NCBI RefSeq assembly: GCF_009914755.1
Contig: NC_060937.1
DNA from: the human T2T-CHM13v2.0 reference genome, Homo sapiens
Direction: 5' to 3' (one strand)
Length of the DNA stretch: 64,000 nucleotides
In this document: positions 28,748-42,110 of the stretch, one piece after another
Position numbering within the stretch: the first letter of the stretch is position 1
How the letters are laid out: every line of letters starts with the position of its first letter
Translations under genes and position numbers: made by a program
The notes under the pieces: generated by a model
What the model was told of the DNA's origin: nothing
Databases searched by the model: none
What the model saw: only the letters and a program-made list of their open reading frames with translations

Positions 28748-28781
28748 TATAAGGAGATCTTCCCTTTTATTTATAATGCAT

Positions 28782-29303
28782 CAGTGGTCTCCAACTTTTT
28801 TGGCACCAAGAACCATTTTCGTAGAGAATTTCCCATGGATTGGGGTTGGGGGCCAGGGGTATTGGTTCAGGATGATTCAAGCACATTACATTTATTGTGC
28901 ACTTTATTTCAATTATTATGTTGTAATATATAATGAAATAATTACACAGCTCACCATAATGTGGAATCATTAGGAACCCTAAGCTTGTTTTCCTGCAACT
29001 AGATGGTCCTATCTGCAGGTGATGGGAGATAGTGACAGATCATCAGGCATTAGATTCTCATAGGCACACAACCTAGAACCCTCGCATGCTCAGTTCACAA
29101 CAGGGTTTGTGCTCCTATGAGAATCTAATGCTGCTGCTGATCTGATGGGAGGCAGAGCTCAGGCGGTAATGTGAGCAATGGAGAGCAGCTGTAAGTACAG
29201 ATGAAGTTTTGCTTGCCAACACTCATCACCTGTTGTGCGGCCCTGGGCCCCTAATAGGCCAGAGACTGGTACCGGTTCATAGCCTTGGGGTTGGAGACTC
29301 CTA
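28782..29303 (+). mobile_element. MER1A (hAT-Charlie), near full length
   Basis: TIRs cagtggtctccaac / gttggagactcct; ~520 bp; degenerate 8-bp TSD taatgcat / taacagat. Confidence 0.85.
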
Positions 29304-32139
29304 TAACAGATCACTGAAAAATTATAGGAAAAGGCAAAGTGCAAAGATCAAACATTGGATTATTGTACTATGAAGAGAGGCGCAAAACATTGCATAAATT
29401 CCCAAATTACACCTTGGCTCTTAAGTACAATCTCATTTCCAGCATTTCATATTTGCTCTTTGGTTTACTTCCTTTTCATAAGTGAATATCCAGGAGTTAG
29501 GTTCCAACGGGAATCTAATTAAATTTTTAAAATCACTACTTTGATATTTTTAATGATTTCCTTACTAAGTGCACCACATTGATAGACTTTGATTTTTATC
29601 ATTGGTGTTAGCACTTCTTAAAAATTTGTCCCCTTTTCCCGTTTAAATAATGCAGAGATTATGTGATATAATATTCAAATAATCTTATAAACACATGGGT
29701 TAAGCAAAAGCTACAAAGACAGGACCACCCTCTTCATGTGAACACTCCAAATATTCATTATTCTTCTTTTGGGATATAATAAAAAACAAAATTTAATAAG
29801 TCAACGTCCAATGACATATGGGTTTATCAATCTAAAAGCAGAGAAACTTGTTTGTTTCTGACCTTGTGAATAGTAACAATTATGATAATGCAAACTTTTT
29901 ATATTTTTTTGTGGAAATAGGTGTAACATGTTAGATGTTCTCTTAGGTTAAGTTCATGTGTCAAGTAACACATTAAAATTGTAATATAATAAATATTAAA
30001 ACTACTAGCAATACTATGAGTAGTTTACAGACTTAATAATAAAACAAATAATAGATTAGATCTATGTGGATAATTTATGAGTTCTCTAACTGCAAAACAT
30101 ATATAAATAGTGCAAACTTAGTTGTTGCTTATATTCAAAAAACCAAAGATAACACGGATATCTTTATTGGTAACAGAGTAAGCATTATACAGACATGTAA
30201 CAAAATATTATTCTCTATAACTTTCTGGAGAACATAATGCTGTCTAATGCATATAAAGATTAGGCTCAAATGGAGTACTTCCCTCTGTGCTTATATTTGT
30301 TACTTCCTCTAAGACAAGGGTAAGCATACCAGATAAAGACAGGCAAAACAAATCTAATGGTATTAGTAAACAAAAATCCATTAGGGAAATGAATTGTAGT
30401 GATTGTACACTTTAGCACTGAGAGAGAAAGAAATTCTACCCCTATGACCCAAAGCTATTGCATTCCTTGGCTTTGATCTACCAGGTCACTGTCAAATTCT
30501 CTACATTAGCTTTTTCACTTCAATGATTGCTTTAAGGTAACATGGACCTACTGTGTGCCTTTTATGACTCAATCTATTTATATCTCAATCTATGAGCAGA
30601 AATCATCTATGAAATGCTTTCCTGGGCAAAATGTAAAAAAAAAAAATATTCTTCAGGATTCTAACAAATTTTTAATTAAGGAATTTTTTTTTAATCTCTT
30701 GAGTCCTTTCTTGGCAAAATGTCTGTCAGAATGATAGACAAGATGCTATTTCAGAAATATTCCTTCACTTATCTAGAACAAATACCTATACATAAATACT
30801 CTTTTAAAGTGAATGTGTGTGCTCAAGATTAATTCATGTTGTAATTTTTTTTGACTGAGAGATCTGGGGCACATGAAAATTCAAGAGCATTACTGAATTA
30901 CACACTTTGTATCTGCCTAACAATTGTCAACTAAAAGTCTAAAACTATTAAATATATATATATTCATTTACTAGAGATAATGCATTAAATAATTAGAGTC
31001 AGCAAGTTTTTGCACATTTTGGAGAAAAAATTTTAAACATTTCTTTTTAGAAATGAATAAAGTATTTAAAATTTTTGACATTGCAAAATATCCTTACATG
31101 AAGAAGAAAAAAACACACAGTTTAAAATAAAATAATTATGTTATATAATGAATAAAATTTAAAACTCCAGCTTACCCATTATTGGACAGTCTTAATTCTA
31201 ATTTCTACTTTAATCAATATGCTGAAACTGGAAACTTACATCATGTAACCTTCCTTAACCACTTCAGCCAGTGTAGCCCTTTATTGTACTATTATAGGAG
31301 CTTATTCTTTTAAAGAGCATACTCAAATTAATCTCCTGATGTCAAAAAACACAATGGCCATTTCAACATCTGTTCTCATTTCCTTCCTCCAGGCATTTCC
31401 CTTCCCCCAGGATTTTCCCTTAATTTATCCAATTTTCATCTTTCCTCGCTAGCATTTCTGTGCCACTTTTTCTCACCACTCCATATGCTTAGGAAGTCTT
31501 CCAGATTACACTCATCAAGCTATTGCAGCCTCCTTTAAATGCCCCAAAAACAACCAGCTCAAAGATTCCAAATGTGACCTTTTAAAAGTCTCCTTTTCTT
31601 TTATTTATATTAAATTGTTTTTTTTCCCTCCGTCGGGGCCATCACATCTTAGATCAGAATTTTATTATTAATTGATTGCAGAAGTTTCCATAATTTATTT
31701 ATTGTATTGCTTATGAATAAATGATTATCTTTAATCACAGCAACTCATTATGCCTTAATAACATCATGAAGGTGATAACATTATTACCATATTAATAGAA
31801 TAAGTTCTGATTATTTTTAATGTCAGCTATAGTAATTGCATTGAACATAAGACAAAATATGTGAAAGTGATGTAAATTCTTATCTAAAAATATTTTATAT
31901 ATATTTCTTTAAAACATGCAAATCAATACCAAGTCATATATTAAGAGAAAAAGCCAGAAATTCAAGGTCAAAGAATACTTTACATTTTCAAGAATTGAAT
32001 TTAGGTCACCTAAATCTTTTTGAAATTGTTCTCATTACTAATTTACGATATACATGAAGAAATAGCTGAATTGCATGCCATATTTTAAAAAAATATGTAT
32101 CATATATTTACTTGGCTCTTCTTATTTCTAGACATGGAG

Positions 32140-32340
32140 ATTAGGGGTTTTAAGCCAGGGAAGGCCTGGTTCATCTCCCACCTCAGCAACTCAGTACACA
32201 CAAAATCTTGGGCAAGCCCCTTGGGTTTCTGAGCTTCTGTTTCCTCGTTTCCAAATAGGGACAATATTGACTACCCCTCCTACCAAACTTGTTGTTTAAG
32301 TTGTTTCAAGTATCAAATGAGGTAACATAAAACATGTTTA
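32140..32340 (+). mobile_element. MIR
   Basis: cttgggcaagcccc...ctgagcttctgtttcctcgttt...aagtatcaaatgaggtaac. Confidence 0.7.
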
Positions 32341-33330
32341 TAAAAAATACCAATCTGAATAAGAAACAAGCGATGCAGTAGAAACTGTGGGTGATGAAAA
32401 CAATTCCAAACTTTAAAACAGCTAAATGAAGGTGTGTACATAAATTCTTCAGCATGCTACTCTGTATGGTGTCTGTAATGATAGACCCTCAGTCGAGGCT
32501 GCCAATAAGGAGGATGTTCTCAGGAAAATAGAATCATTTACTAGGAAATACTCAGATATATTTCCTAGAAAGAGTAGAAGTGACAAGAAAAGCAGTTTTA
32601 GCAAAAAGCAGTAGAGAGGTTTAATCATTTCTTCAATTCATGTTTGCTACAAATTTCTATAATTCTATGATTTAAGATGACATTTTGTTAGCTGCCTTTA
32701 TAGTGAAGTAAAAACTATTCACAGTGATTTTTGTGCCTGAGCTCTTTTGCTGAAGGGTCATGAGGGCATGACAGTGTTCATAGTTGCAGTGGCTCATCCA
32801 ATAGAATATTAAAAAATGAAGTCTACAGTGAAGAGGTGGGAGAATGAGACAAGGAATATGAAATAGAGAAGAAAACTGGAAAATTATTATAGAGTTATTA
32901 GTAACTTTGAATCAGGATATGTAAGCAAATAGAATGGAATGGCATCAAGCCAAATGGGTAAACTAAAAGCAGACCGTAGTCTGACTCCCAAATATATGAA
33001 TAAATAAACATATCAAATGCAAACTTCAGTGCTAAACTGGCAGATCAATGTAAAAGAAAAGGAACAAGGAAGGAGGACTATGCCAAGGTAGCTCCCAACC
33101 TGAAAATTGTGAAGTCAGATTTAAAGAACCAAGTATACTATACTCTGTCAAACATAAGACAGATTCCAAGTTATGTTAGAGAAAAAAATCACTTAAAATG
33201 GCAGAATGTATCTAAATCCTCATAATGGTGAGGAGAAGAAATAGTTCATTTAGTCTTATATATATGTATGCTCATTAATTGACAGGTGGAATTATTCGTA
33301 GTGATATCAAATTAATCCAGTTGTTTAAAG

Positions 33331-33532
33331 CCACACTGTCCAACATTGTTGCTATTCACCACATATAGCTATTTAAATTTAAACTAATAAAAATTAAATA
33401 AAATTTGAAAGTTAGTTCCTCAATCACACTTGTCACATTCAGAGTGCTCAGAAACTGCCTGCAGCTATTGCATTGGTTAACATACATATAGAACATTTCC
33501 ATCACTGCAGAAAGTTCTTTAGGAGAGTGCTG
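33331..33532 (-). mobile_element. MER3 (hAT-Charlie)
   Basis: cactgtccaa...atttaaatttaaa...tagaacatttccatcactgcagaaagttct...gtgctg. Confidence 0.85.
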
Positions 33533-33954
33533 TTTTAGTGTAATAGAAATTTTCCTAATATTGAGACATACATGCATATTTAATAAGTAACAAGTTTACC
33601 CAAATCCATAGATAAGTCCAATACAAGACTATAACACTGAATGCAAAATAACAACAAATTATACAAATACAAAAAAAATTTTTTTCTTAACAAATGCTAT
33701 GCAAAAGTCTTTAAATCAGACTAAGTATTTTGACATCCAAGTTTTAATTTGATCATTGTATTTTAACCTGTTAAACTCTACTATAGAATTTACATTTACC
33801 GGATAATTAGAAGATTTGGGGTGGCTTAGATGGTCCTTCATTGAATCCTAGAAAATGATGCTATTATCCATGTTATGTCATATACTTGTCTCTGTTTATT
33901 ATTTTTGAAGCCCTGGTACCTGGCATGTATTCAGTTCATGTTTGTGGAATGAGG

Positions 33955-34790
33955 GAGCCTCTCATCCAGTTCTAACAGGAGATCATTCAGCATCTGCTTC
34001 AACACTTACATTGGCAAGAGATTTACCACCTCATAAGGGAAAGCATTCCATTTTTAGCAGTTCTGTTAGAAAGAAGCTACTTCATTACAGAAAATCCAAA
34101 TTTACCTGCTTATATAACTTCCAGTAATCTTATGTTTTGTCAGATAAAGTTTAAAAGAAGTTTATTTTTTTCCATGTAAAAGCTTTTTAAATACTTGCAG
34201 GTGACTATAACACTTTCCCAACCAACTATCCTTACATGGCTTTATTTCCAGATGCTTCTTTGTCATCTTCTAATTTTGCAATGTCTCTTAAAATGCAGTG
34301 TCCAAAACATTACATTATCTTCAAGCTACTCTGATCAGGGCAGACAACTATGGGAATTACCCCCATGGCTTTGTACGGTATACTTCTATTAAAGATGCCC
34401 AAGATTCCATTAGCTTTTCTTGGCATTCTCATCACAGCATGGCTCATAGTCCACTTACAATCAACTAAGAGTTCCTACCTAAGTCTTTAAGATGAGATGT
34501 TGTCAAATCACGACTCCTTCGACCTTGCTTCTTTTATTGGTTTCTTGTATTAGAGTGGAGGACCTTATTTCATGCTGATGGCACAGGTATATTGTTTCCA
34601 TTGGTTAAGATTTTCTAAACTTTGATTCTGTTAATCGGCTAATACATTAGCTATCAATTCAACTGTGCATTGCTTGTAAATATGATAAGCATAACCTATC
34701 ATACATTAAAATCATTGTTAAAAAATAGTCCAAGTACAAATGCCCATATCACAACACCAGAAACCTCCTTCTAAGATGATATCCACATAT
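33955..34790 (-). mobile_element. L3/CR1 fragment
   Basis: accacctc...cattccattttt..cagttctg and cccaagattccattagcttttcttggca...catggctcata: reverse CR1 motifs. Confidence 0.65.
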
Positions 34791-35376
34791 TACCAAATTT
34801 GATTATTTATTATGTTTTAGGAGCCACAAATATATGATCTTTAACTGTTATAACAACCATTTAGTGTGCTATTCACATTTTTTAGAAAAAGAAATTAAAA
34901 ATATGAATGACTGAATACCAGTTAAGGAGAGCTAGAATTCCAGTGGGGACCTTCTCAATCCACAGCCTGCCTGTTACCACAGAACACAAAGATTCCCTTT
35001 AAGTATCACTGGAACCCTTTAGCTGTAACATGTCGAGCATATTCATCTATTTGTTTCCCTGAAATAGAGGAAAGACTGTCAAAAGCCATACTGGCATTGC
35101 TAATTTATTTCTTAGCATTTCAGTAAGCTGTCAATCAATTTTTTCAAAATTAAAAATGAATTTTATTCGGTACTCTCGCTACTGTGAATACCGCTTAGTG
35201 ATTTGATTTTTGATTTTTTTAACATTTGCAACGCACCTAATTTTCAACCCATACTTTGTTATGAATCAGTGTTAAGCCCACTGATTTTTATTTTTTAGAA
35301 TCCATCATTTAAGCCTTTTTGGAATTCAGAGCCTCAAAAAGTGAATGTTATATGTGGACACTTTCCATTTCAATGT

Positions 35377-35435
35377 CTTATTGCCCATTGTTATATTCAG
35401 CAGCTTATTGCCCATTGTTATATTCAGCAGCTTAT
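35377..35435. repeat. Perfect 27-bp tandem duplication (cttattgcccattgttatattcagcag x2, plus cttat)
   Basis: Direct reading. Confidence 0.95.
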
Positions 35436-36347
35436 ATACTAATAATAAATTGAAATCACTACAGTCTAGAGCCTACAATTATGTTGATAGCATAATCCTG
35501 TCAGGTGAAAGAATGTTGTACAGTACTCTTGAATTTCAATAGTATGATTGAGAAATCTCAATTTGACTTTCTTGCCCAGCACTTTCTGCATAAAACAGGA
35601 TTATGCACACCAATTAAATACCTCTCTTACAAACCATTTTTTTCAATAACAAGCATTGATTGATTCACTTTATACTATTTGTTACCCAAAATCTCAGAAA
35701 CGTTTGTGCTTTAACCTAAAGCATCTAAAATGGGATTTTTTATCAAAATTCCATTTTCACAGATATACACAGACTCAATTATAGAAGCTAAATGTTTTCT
35801 TAATATCAGTTATGAGATTTTCTTCATATATAAATCTGAAATGGGACATGTATACACTCTCGAAGCACAATTAGCTGCTTTTTATTTTGGAGAGGGAAAG
35901 TCTAAAGCAAAAGTGCTTTCTGGAAAAATCACAAGTCTTAAATCAATCATATTAATAACAACTATATTTTAGTTCTTGGTTATGTATCCAAAGTAAGTGC
36001 ATGTATGTGCATTTTAAGATGTTATTCTAGTTACAATTGTCCCTTTTAATGCAATTATAAATACACTCTGAAAGAGGAAATGGAAAAACAAACCTGCCTC
36101 AGACATTCTTGCAAAGAAAAACTAGATCATCTCACACCTAGACAAGTTGTTCCAGGTTGATGCTTCTTTAAACTGATTAGAATTTCAGAAAATCTAGTGG
36201 CATTACAACTAGAGATAGTGTGATGATTATTACTTTCACATAATTTTCACTGCAGAAGAACCTAAAAAATAATTTGTTGAAATGTGTAGTATTATGTGGG
36301 TCTTCGTGCATACTGAGAATAACAAGTTATTTCTTTGGCAGCCCTTA

Positions 36348-36677
<330 letters not shown>

Positions 36678-39600
36678 TGCTTAGCCCCCATTCTCACACA
36701 TATCCAGGATTTTTCTCCTTAGTCCTCACTCTGGATCCCTTCCCAATTTTGAGACTGATCCTAACATTTTTAGAGGGCAGTAGGAGTGTTTCTGGCAGTG
36801 AAATTTGTTATTCCCCAATCCATTCCCCATCTCCATTATACATACAAGTCACTGAGGGCATCTGTTTATTTATTTATCTTTTTAACAAAGGGCTAACCTA
36901 TATCGAATTCTTATGTCTAGCCTATAATGATCAGTGTCAGAATGGCTGCCTATTCAGTCTAATTATTTGACCATCTTATCTATGCAGATCACTGTGCAAT
37001 TGTGTCAGTCCTAGATATTGATCAAAGAGGGCCAAGTTGTGCAGATCTGTGGCCATGCATGAGCTCAGCTTTCTAACCACAGTTCTGCATATTTGAAGTC
37101 TATTTGGACAAATTGTGAGTTTTTAGACTCTTCTGCCTTTTAAATGGCAGTATAATACTGTGCAGTTGTCCTCTAACACTCTGTACTGTGATTCACTCGT
37201 CTTCAGTGCTGAGAACAGTCAGGAAATTTTCATAGATTACAATAATGTATATCACAAAGGATACACGATTGTGTTATTCATATGTGTAATCACCCATGGA
37301 CTAACTAGAAATAACAGTGGTCTTATTATGCAAACAGCAGTCCATAATATGCAAATGAATATAAACAAAACCAAACACAAACCTGCAGAATAATGTTTAC
37401 TGATTTGTCCTTAAAAATCCCTTTTTTAAAAATCGCATTTTCCTGTCTTCTCAAAAACATTAAATAACATCAAGGATGAATGCATGAAAAAGTTTATATT
37501 TTCTCTTTTGCATTTTTGAAAAGGAACCACAATATAATCTTATTCTGATTATTTGATTTATATTCTCCCAAGGCCATTACTGCCTCCTGGCATCATTATA
37601 TGCTTGTGTAAGGTTTATATGGTGTCTCTTTTAATTGCTTAAACTAATCTATTCAATGACTGCAAATCTAATGCACACTGGAACAGGCAGCCCATAAATT
37701 CCATCCTTCAGAGGTATCCTTGAACATGTGTTTGTCCTGATGAAGAGCAGAAACAAAACAAGAATAATAAAATGAAAGAAAGTCTTGTCAAATAATATAT
37801 CTGAAAGAACTTAGAAACCCAAAACATATTTTAGTTAAAGAAATAAAAATAAATTAGTCCTTGCTGTTTCACATTTTTGTAAGGAATTATTCTAATTACA
37901 CTCAGTTAAGTCTTCGAGCTATTGTTAAAGGTGTACCATATGGAAGGATAATATTCGATCTTAATATATTAGATAATATATGATCTTAATATAATTAATG
38001 TTATTATAAATGTTGGTTTAGGTATATAACCTCCATCGAATGGAAACATTCTTAACACCAAGGAAGAAAATTAAGTTGGGCCATGATAACTGTTTGCATC
38101 TGAATCTTACATATACTATTGTACACTGATTCTAGAAAGCTCCACCTGAATGTATTGCTAATACACACACATGTACACACAGAATCATACTGCAACACAA
38201 GAAATCAAATTACTTACAAGGGTAATTTTTCTAGTTATTAGACATAGAATTACTGAAAGATATTCATAGCTACATCATCTTCTGTGTTAAACAGAATAAT
38301 TAATTGTGTTTTTCTACCAAATATACAAGAATAATTACAGACACAAATAGTAGTAGAAGAGGAGGATGAGACAATTATCATAAAACCTAGAAAAAAATTA
38401 ATAACTTTCTCTTAAAAGTATATTTTCTGCATACCGCCCTATTTTTTGATGGACCTTTTCTTAACTCGCATTATAACCTAGTATTATATCCTGAAGAAGA
38501 ACACGGCTTAAGTCATGCAAATTATGTGTTTTCAGTCATTCCTCTCCTTAATAAATGACTTTTGCTATTCTCCTCACCAAGCATATCTGTGATTTTTTAA
38601 ATTCATATTTCTCAAACCACTAGAGCATAGTTTACAATAAGTCCTGAAATAACTAATTTGTGGCCTAGCTATTGAGATCTATGGCAGTTTCCACAAGTGT
38701 CAGTCTGAAATCCTGGTTTGCTATCACATTTATTTTTTCACAAGAATGTTCTGACATAGCTCTCGTCTCCATTACATTGATACAGAAACTCTGAAACTGG
38801 TTTTGGAAACTTCAGTCACTGCTAATTCTTATTGAAATTTTAACTCTATGACTCACACTTGTACTTGTCCTGCCTTTAAAATAATGAAATAAGATAAAGA
38901 AATAAACTAAGTTAGATGACTAGTCACTTTCTTTTCTTTGCCCATGCATTATATGGGCAAATATAAATTCATCCGGTATCAGATAAACAGCAAAGTCGCT
39001 TTAGAGACTTTCTTTCTTTCCCTGTTTTCCATGTAGTATATCCATCTTCTTTCCAATCAGCACCCTGTAAAACATAACTGGATGTAACCATACTCTGAAA
39101 CTGCTACCTGGCTTCCTTTGAATTCAGGTCCTACTTCACTGAATTGTAGTATCACTGGGAGAATTAGCTCTTTGAGGAGCTCTACATTTTGTTCTTGTGG
39201 CTTCCCTAGAACATTGTCCTTGGTCCAAATTTTCAGCAATCACCTTTTCTCCTAATTCCCACCAGCCATATACTGAACACTATGATGCCTTTTGAAATAA
39301 TGCTTTAGTCCTTCAGAAATCTAAAGGTTCACTTTTATTTTTTTAATCCTTTCTAGTAACATAAGTTGATACAAGCAAGAACAAAAGCAAACTGTTAAAA
39401 TCAAGATGCCCAAACATGGCTATTTAATTAAAAGAATGCTCATGAGACTAGACAGAACTCCACAGACAGCTAGAAAAGGAGGAGGAAACGACCAATATTG
39501 GAGGTCCTCAAAGAAAAAGGAAGAGGTGACAGAATGGGTGTCTAGGCCAGTGTTTCAAAATACTTTGATCATGTACATGAATCAGTTTAAAAAATAAAAT

Positions 39601-41374
39601 GTGAAGATAAACCTGCTAATCATCTATTCATTTTTAATCATATCCATGTACTTTCATTGTTAGCTAACCTATCAAGGCATGATACAAACCTTGGGTGAAA
39701 GTCATCATTCATAACAGATGGACAGTTTAAATAACTGATTTCAAATAACCTTTACATTTTCAATTTTTTGTATTACTTCTTATTGGATCAGATCATGTTA
39801 GTTTTTAAAAGGTATAATGTGTCTGACCTAAAACTTATTCTAACAGTAGAGGAGCCATTTCCCCAAGGTTTGTTAGCATTTGCTTGTATTTTGTTTACTT
39901 TTGCACACTGTCCATTTGAAAACAAACACATCTACACTTGCTGAGAATTTGTTTAGTTACAATAGAATAATAGGATTGCTATTTTGCTTAACAGGAGTAT
40001 GGAAACTGGAAGCTGGAACATGATACATTACAGTGAAAGCAAATGTGTGATAAAGGATCCACTATGTTCCATGTTAGAACTCACCTACGCTTCCCTCAGC
40101 ATACCTTACAAAGCTGCGCATGACCACAATGACCTTCGTGATGGGGGTGAGTCTGTCTGTATTTTAAATACCAAAAGGTTAAATTTATTTCTTATCTCCA
40201 AGAACAAAATGATATGAGAGTCTAATATATTCCATACACTACAATGCATCCTCTCAACTACCTCTCAGGGAGTGTGCCCCCAACTTTGGAAGCTCCTGAG
40301 GTAATGGAGTAGCTGCAAAGGATTGTAGAAAAGAAAATCTCAGCTCTGCTTTCCCTGACCTAACCCCTTTCTCTCCTTCCCTCTCAAGTTACAACCCCTT
40401 TTCAGAGTCACTCTAATGCCTACGTGGTTCAAGTTTCAGCTTTCAACTATAGTCTTGGAATGAGGAAGGCTTGCCTCCATCTGTACAGAAATTGGATTGG
40501 AAAAGAAGTAGGGAAGTGGGTAGATTATAGCCCAGAGTTGAGGGGGAGACAGTCCTGGCATCTCATTTTTAACTTCTGAAGGCATTTTCCCATACTACAG
40601 TTATGTATTAGTAATATTCTATAGAACTGTTTCTTGCGGTAATTTATTGGCAAATTGTTTGTGACCTACTCTATGCGCCTAACTCCTTAAAGCACATTAA
40701 AGCATCTTTCTAGTTTCAAACAATTGAGCTTAATTACACATTTTAGAAACAAATCCCATTCATAAATGACAAGTTGCACATATACAGAATTTCAGTTCTT
40801 AGGCCAGTTGAGAGTTGAAAACAGCTTTACAGTGAAATTTTATATTGTGGAGTTTAATTGTGAGCGACTGAACATGCAGTACGATATGAACTATTCACCT
40901 TTTCTGCAACAGTGTTATGACATAACCTGGTTTAAATAAGACAGTTTTAACCACATAGTAGTTAAATGACTTTTGATATGACACTAATAAAAGCCTGTCT
41001 ATGTTAGAGATGCTTAGGTTTTTACTCCTTTGTTTATTTTGAGAATATTAATCATTGTACTAAACTAATAAAAGAAAATTGTGGGTTTAAAGCTTCCATT
41101 AAAAAGTCCTTATCTTCACCATGAACTAGCATGATAAATGCCTAGAAAGCATCTCTGTCTATCCTAGTGGAATTTATAGTGAACAGAAGAGACACAGATA
41201 GGCCATGTCATAGAAAGCAGAAATCTAAATGACCTCAAATTAGTGAATTATAACAATCAGAATTACTTTTAACGCTATTTGGAGAGATCTCAATAAAATA
41301 TGAACTATTTGGGAAGGAAGATACAATCCATTCTAACGACAAATTATCTCAATGGATTTTTTGTTAGGATAAGG

Positions 41375-41590
41375 ACTAATAATGGTTTCAACATTTGCTC
41401 TGTGTTAGACATTGTCATAAATGGCTTATGCTTATGAAGTTATTTAAACTAAAAACCATCCCGCTAGGTAGATAGTTATTATTGTTTCCATTTGATAGTT
41501 AGGAAAACAAAAGCACAGATACATTAAGTAATTTTCCCAAGTGCACCCAGCTAGTGAAATGAAATCATTTCTGAGAAATTCAAAACATGG
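41375..41590 (-). mobile_element. MIR
   Basis: aggtagatagttattattgtttccattt...ggaaaacaaaagcacaga..ttaagtaattttcccaag. Confidence 0.75.
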
Positions 41591-41694
41591 AGTCAATGCT
41601 AAACATTTTTTAGAGCAAAGAGAAAGAGAGGGAGGTGGAACAGGGGACAAGGAGACGGAAGAATCTTTCAACAGTCATTACTGTATCGTTAATG

Positions 41695-42110
41695 CTCTCA
41701 TTCAGCAAACCTTTATTAAGCGCCCACTATGTGCCAGGAACCAGATAACTAGGTGCCAGAAATACAAAAATAATGTACTTGACCTTGGGAAGATCTCCGT
41801 ATAGTAGAGGAAATAGAAATAATTGCCATAAAATATGGTAAGAGGCAATATATTTATACACCAAGTGCTATAATATCATCCCCCTCCAAGAGGAACTTTA
41901 CAATGAGTGGAAAGTAATACATTTCTAAATAAACCTGTGGAAGAGCAATTCAGTAATCAGTGAGATACAGTTAATCACAGAAAACAGTCTATAAGAGGTG
42001 AATTTTGCTACGTTTTTAAAGAAAGGATAAGAAGGTGAAATTGGTAGAGAAAAATAGGGCCTTCAAGAAAATATTTCTGTTGAAAGATAGGGCATGTACA
42101 AAGTAAGACA
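41695..42110 (-). mobile_element. L2 fragments (3' end)
   Basis: cattcagcaaacctttattaagcgcccactatgtgccagg. Confidence 0.75.

Noticed and set aside
28241-28973. ORFs of 110 and 102 aa
   Set aside because: They run through non-autonomous Tigger3 and MER1A elements and show no transposase motifs
39548-40300. Possible old hAT-type transposon ends (cagtgtttc... / ...actttggaagctcctg)
   Set aside because: Too diverged to assign by eye
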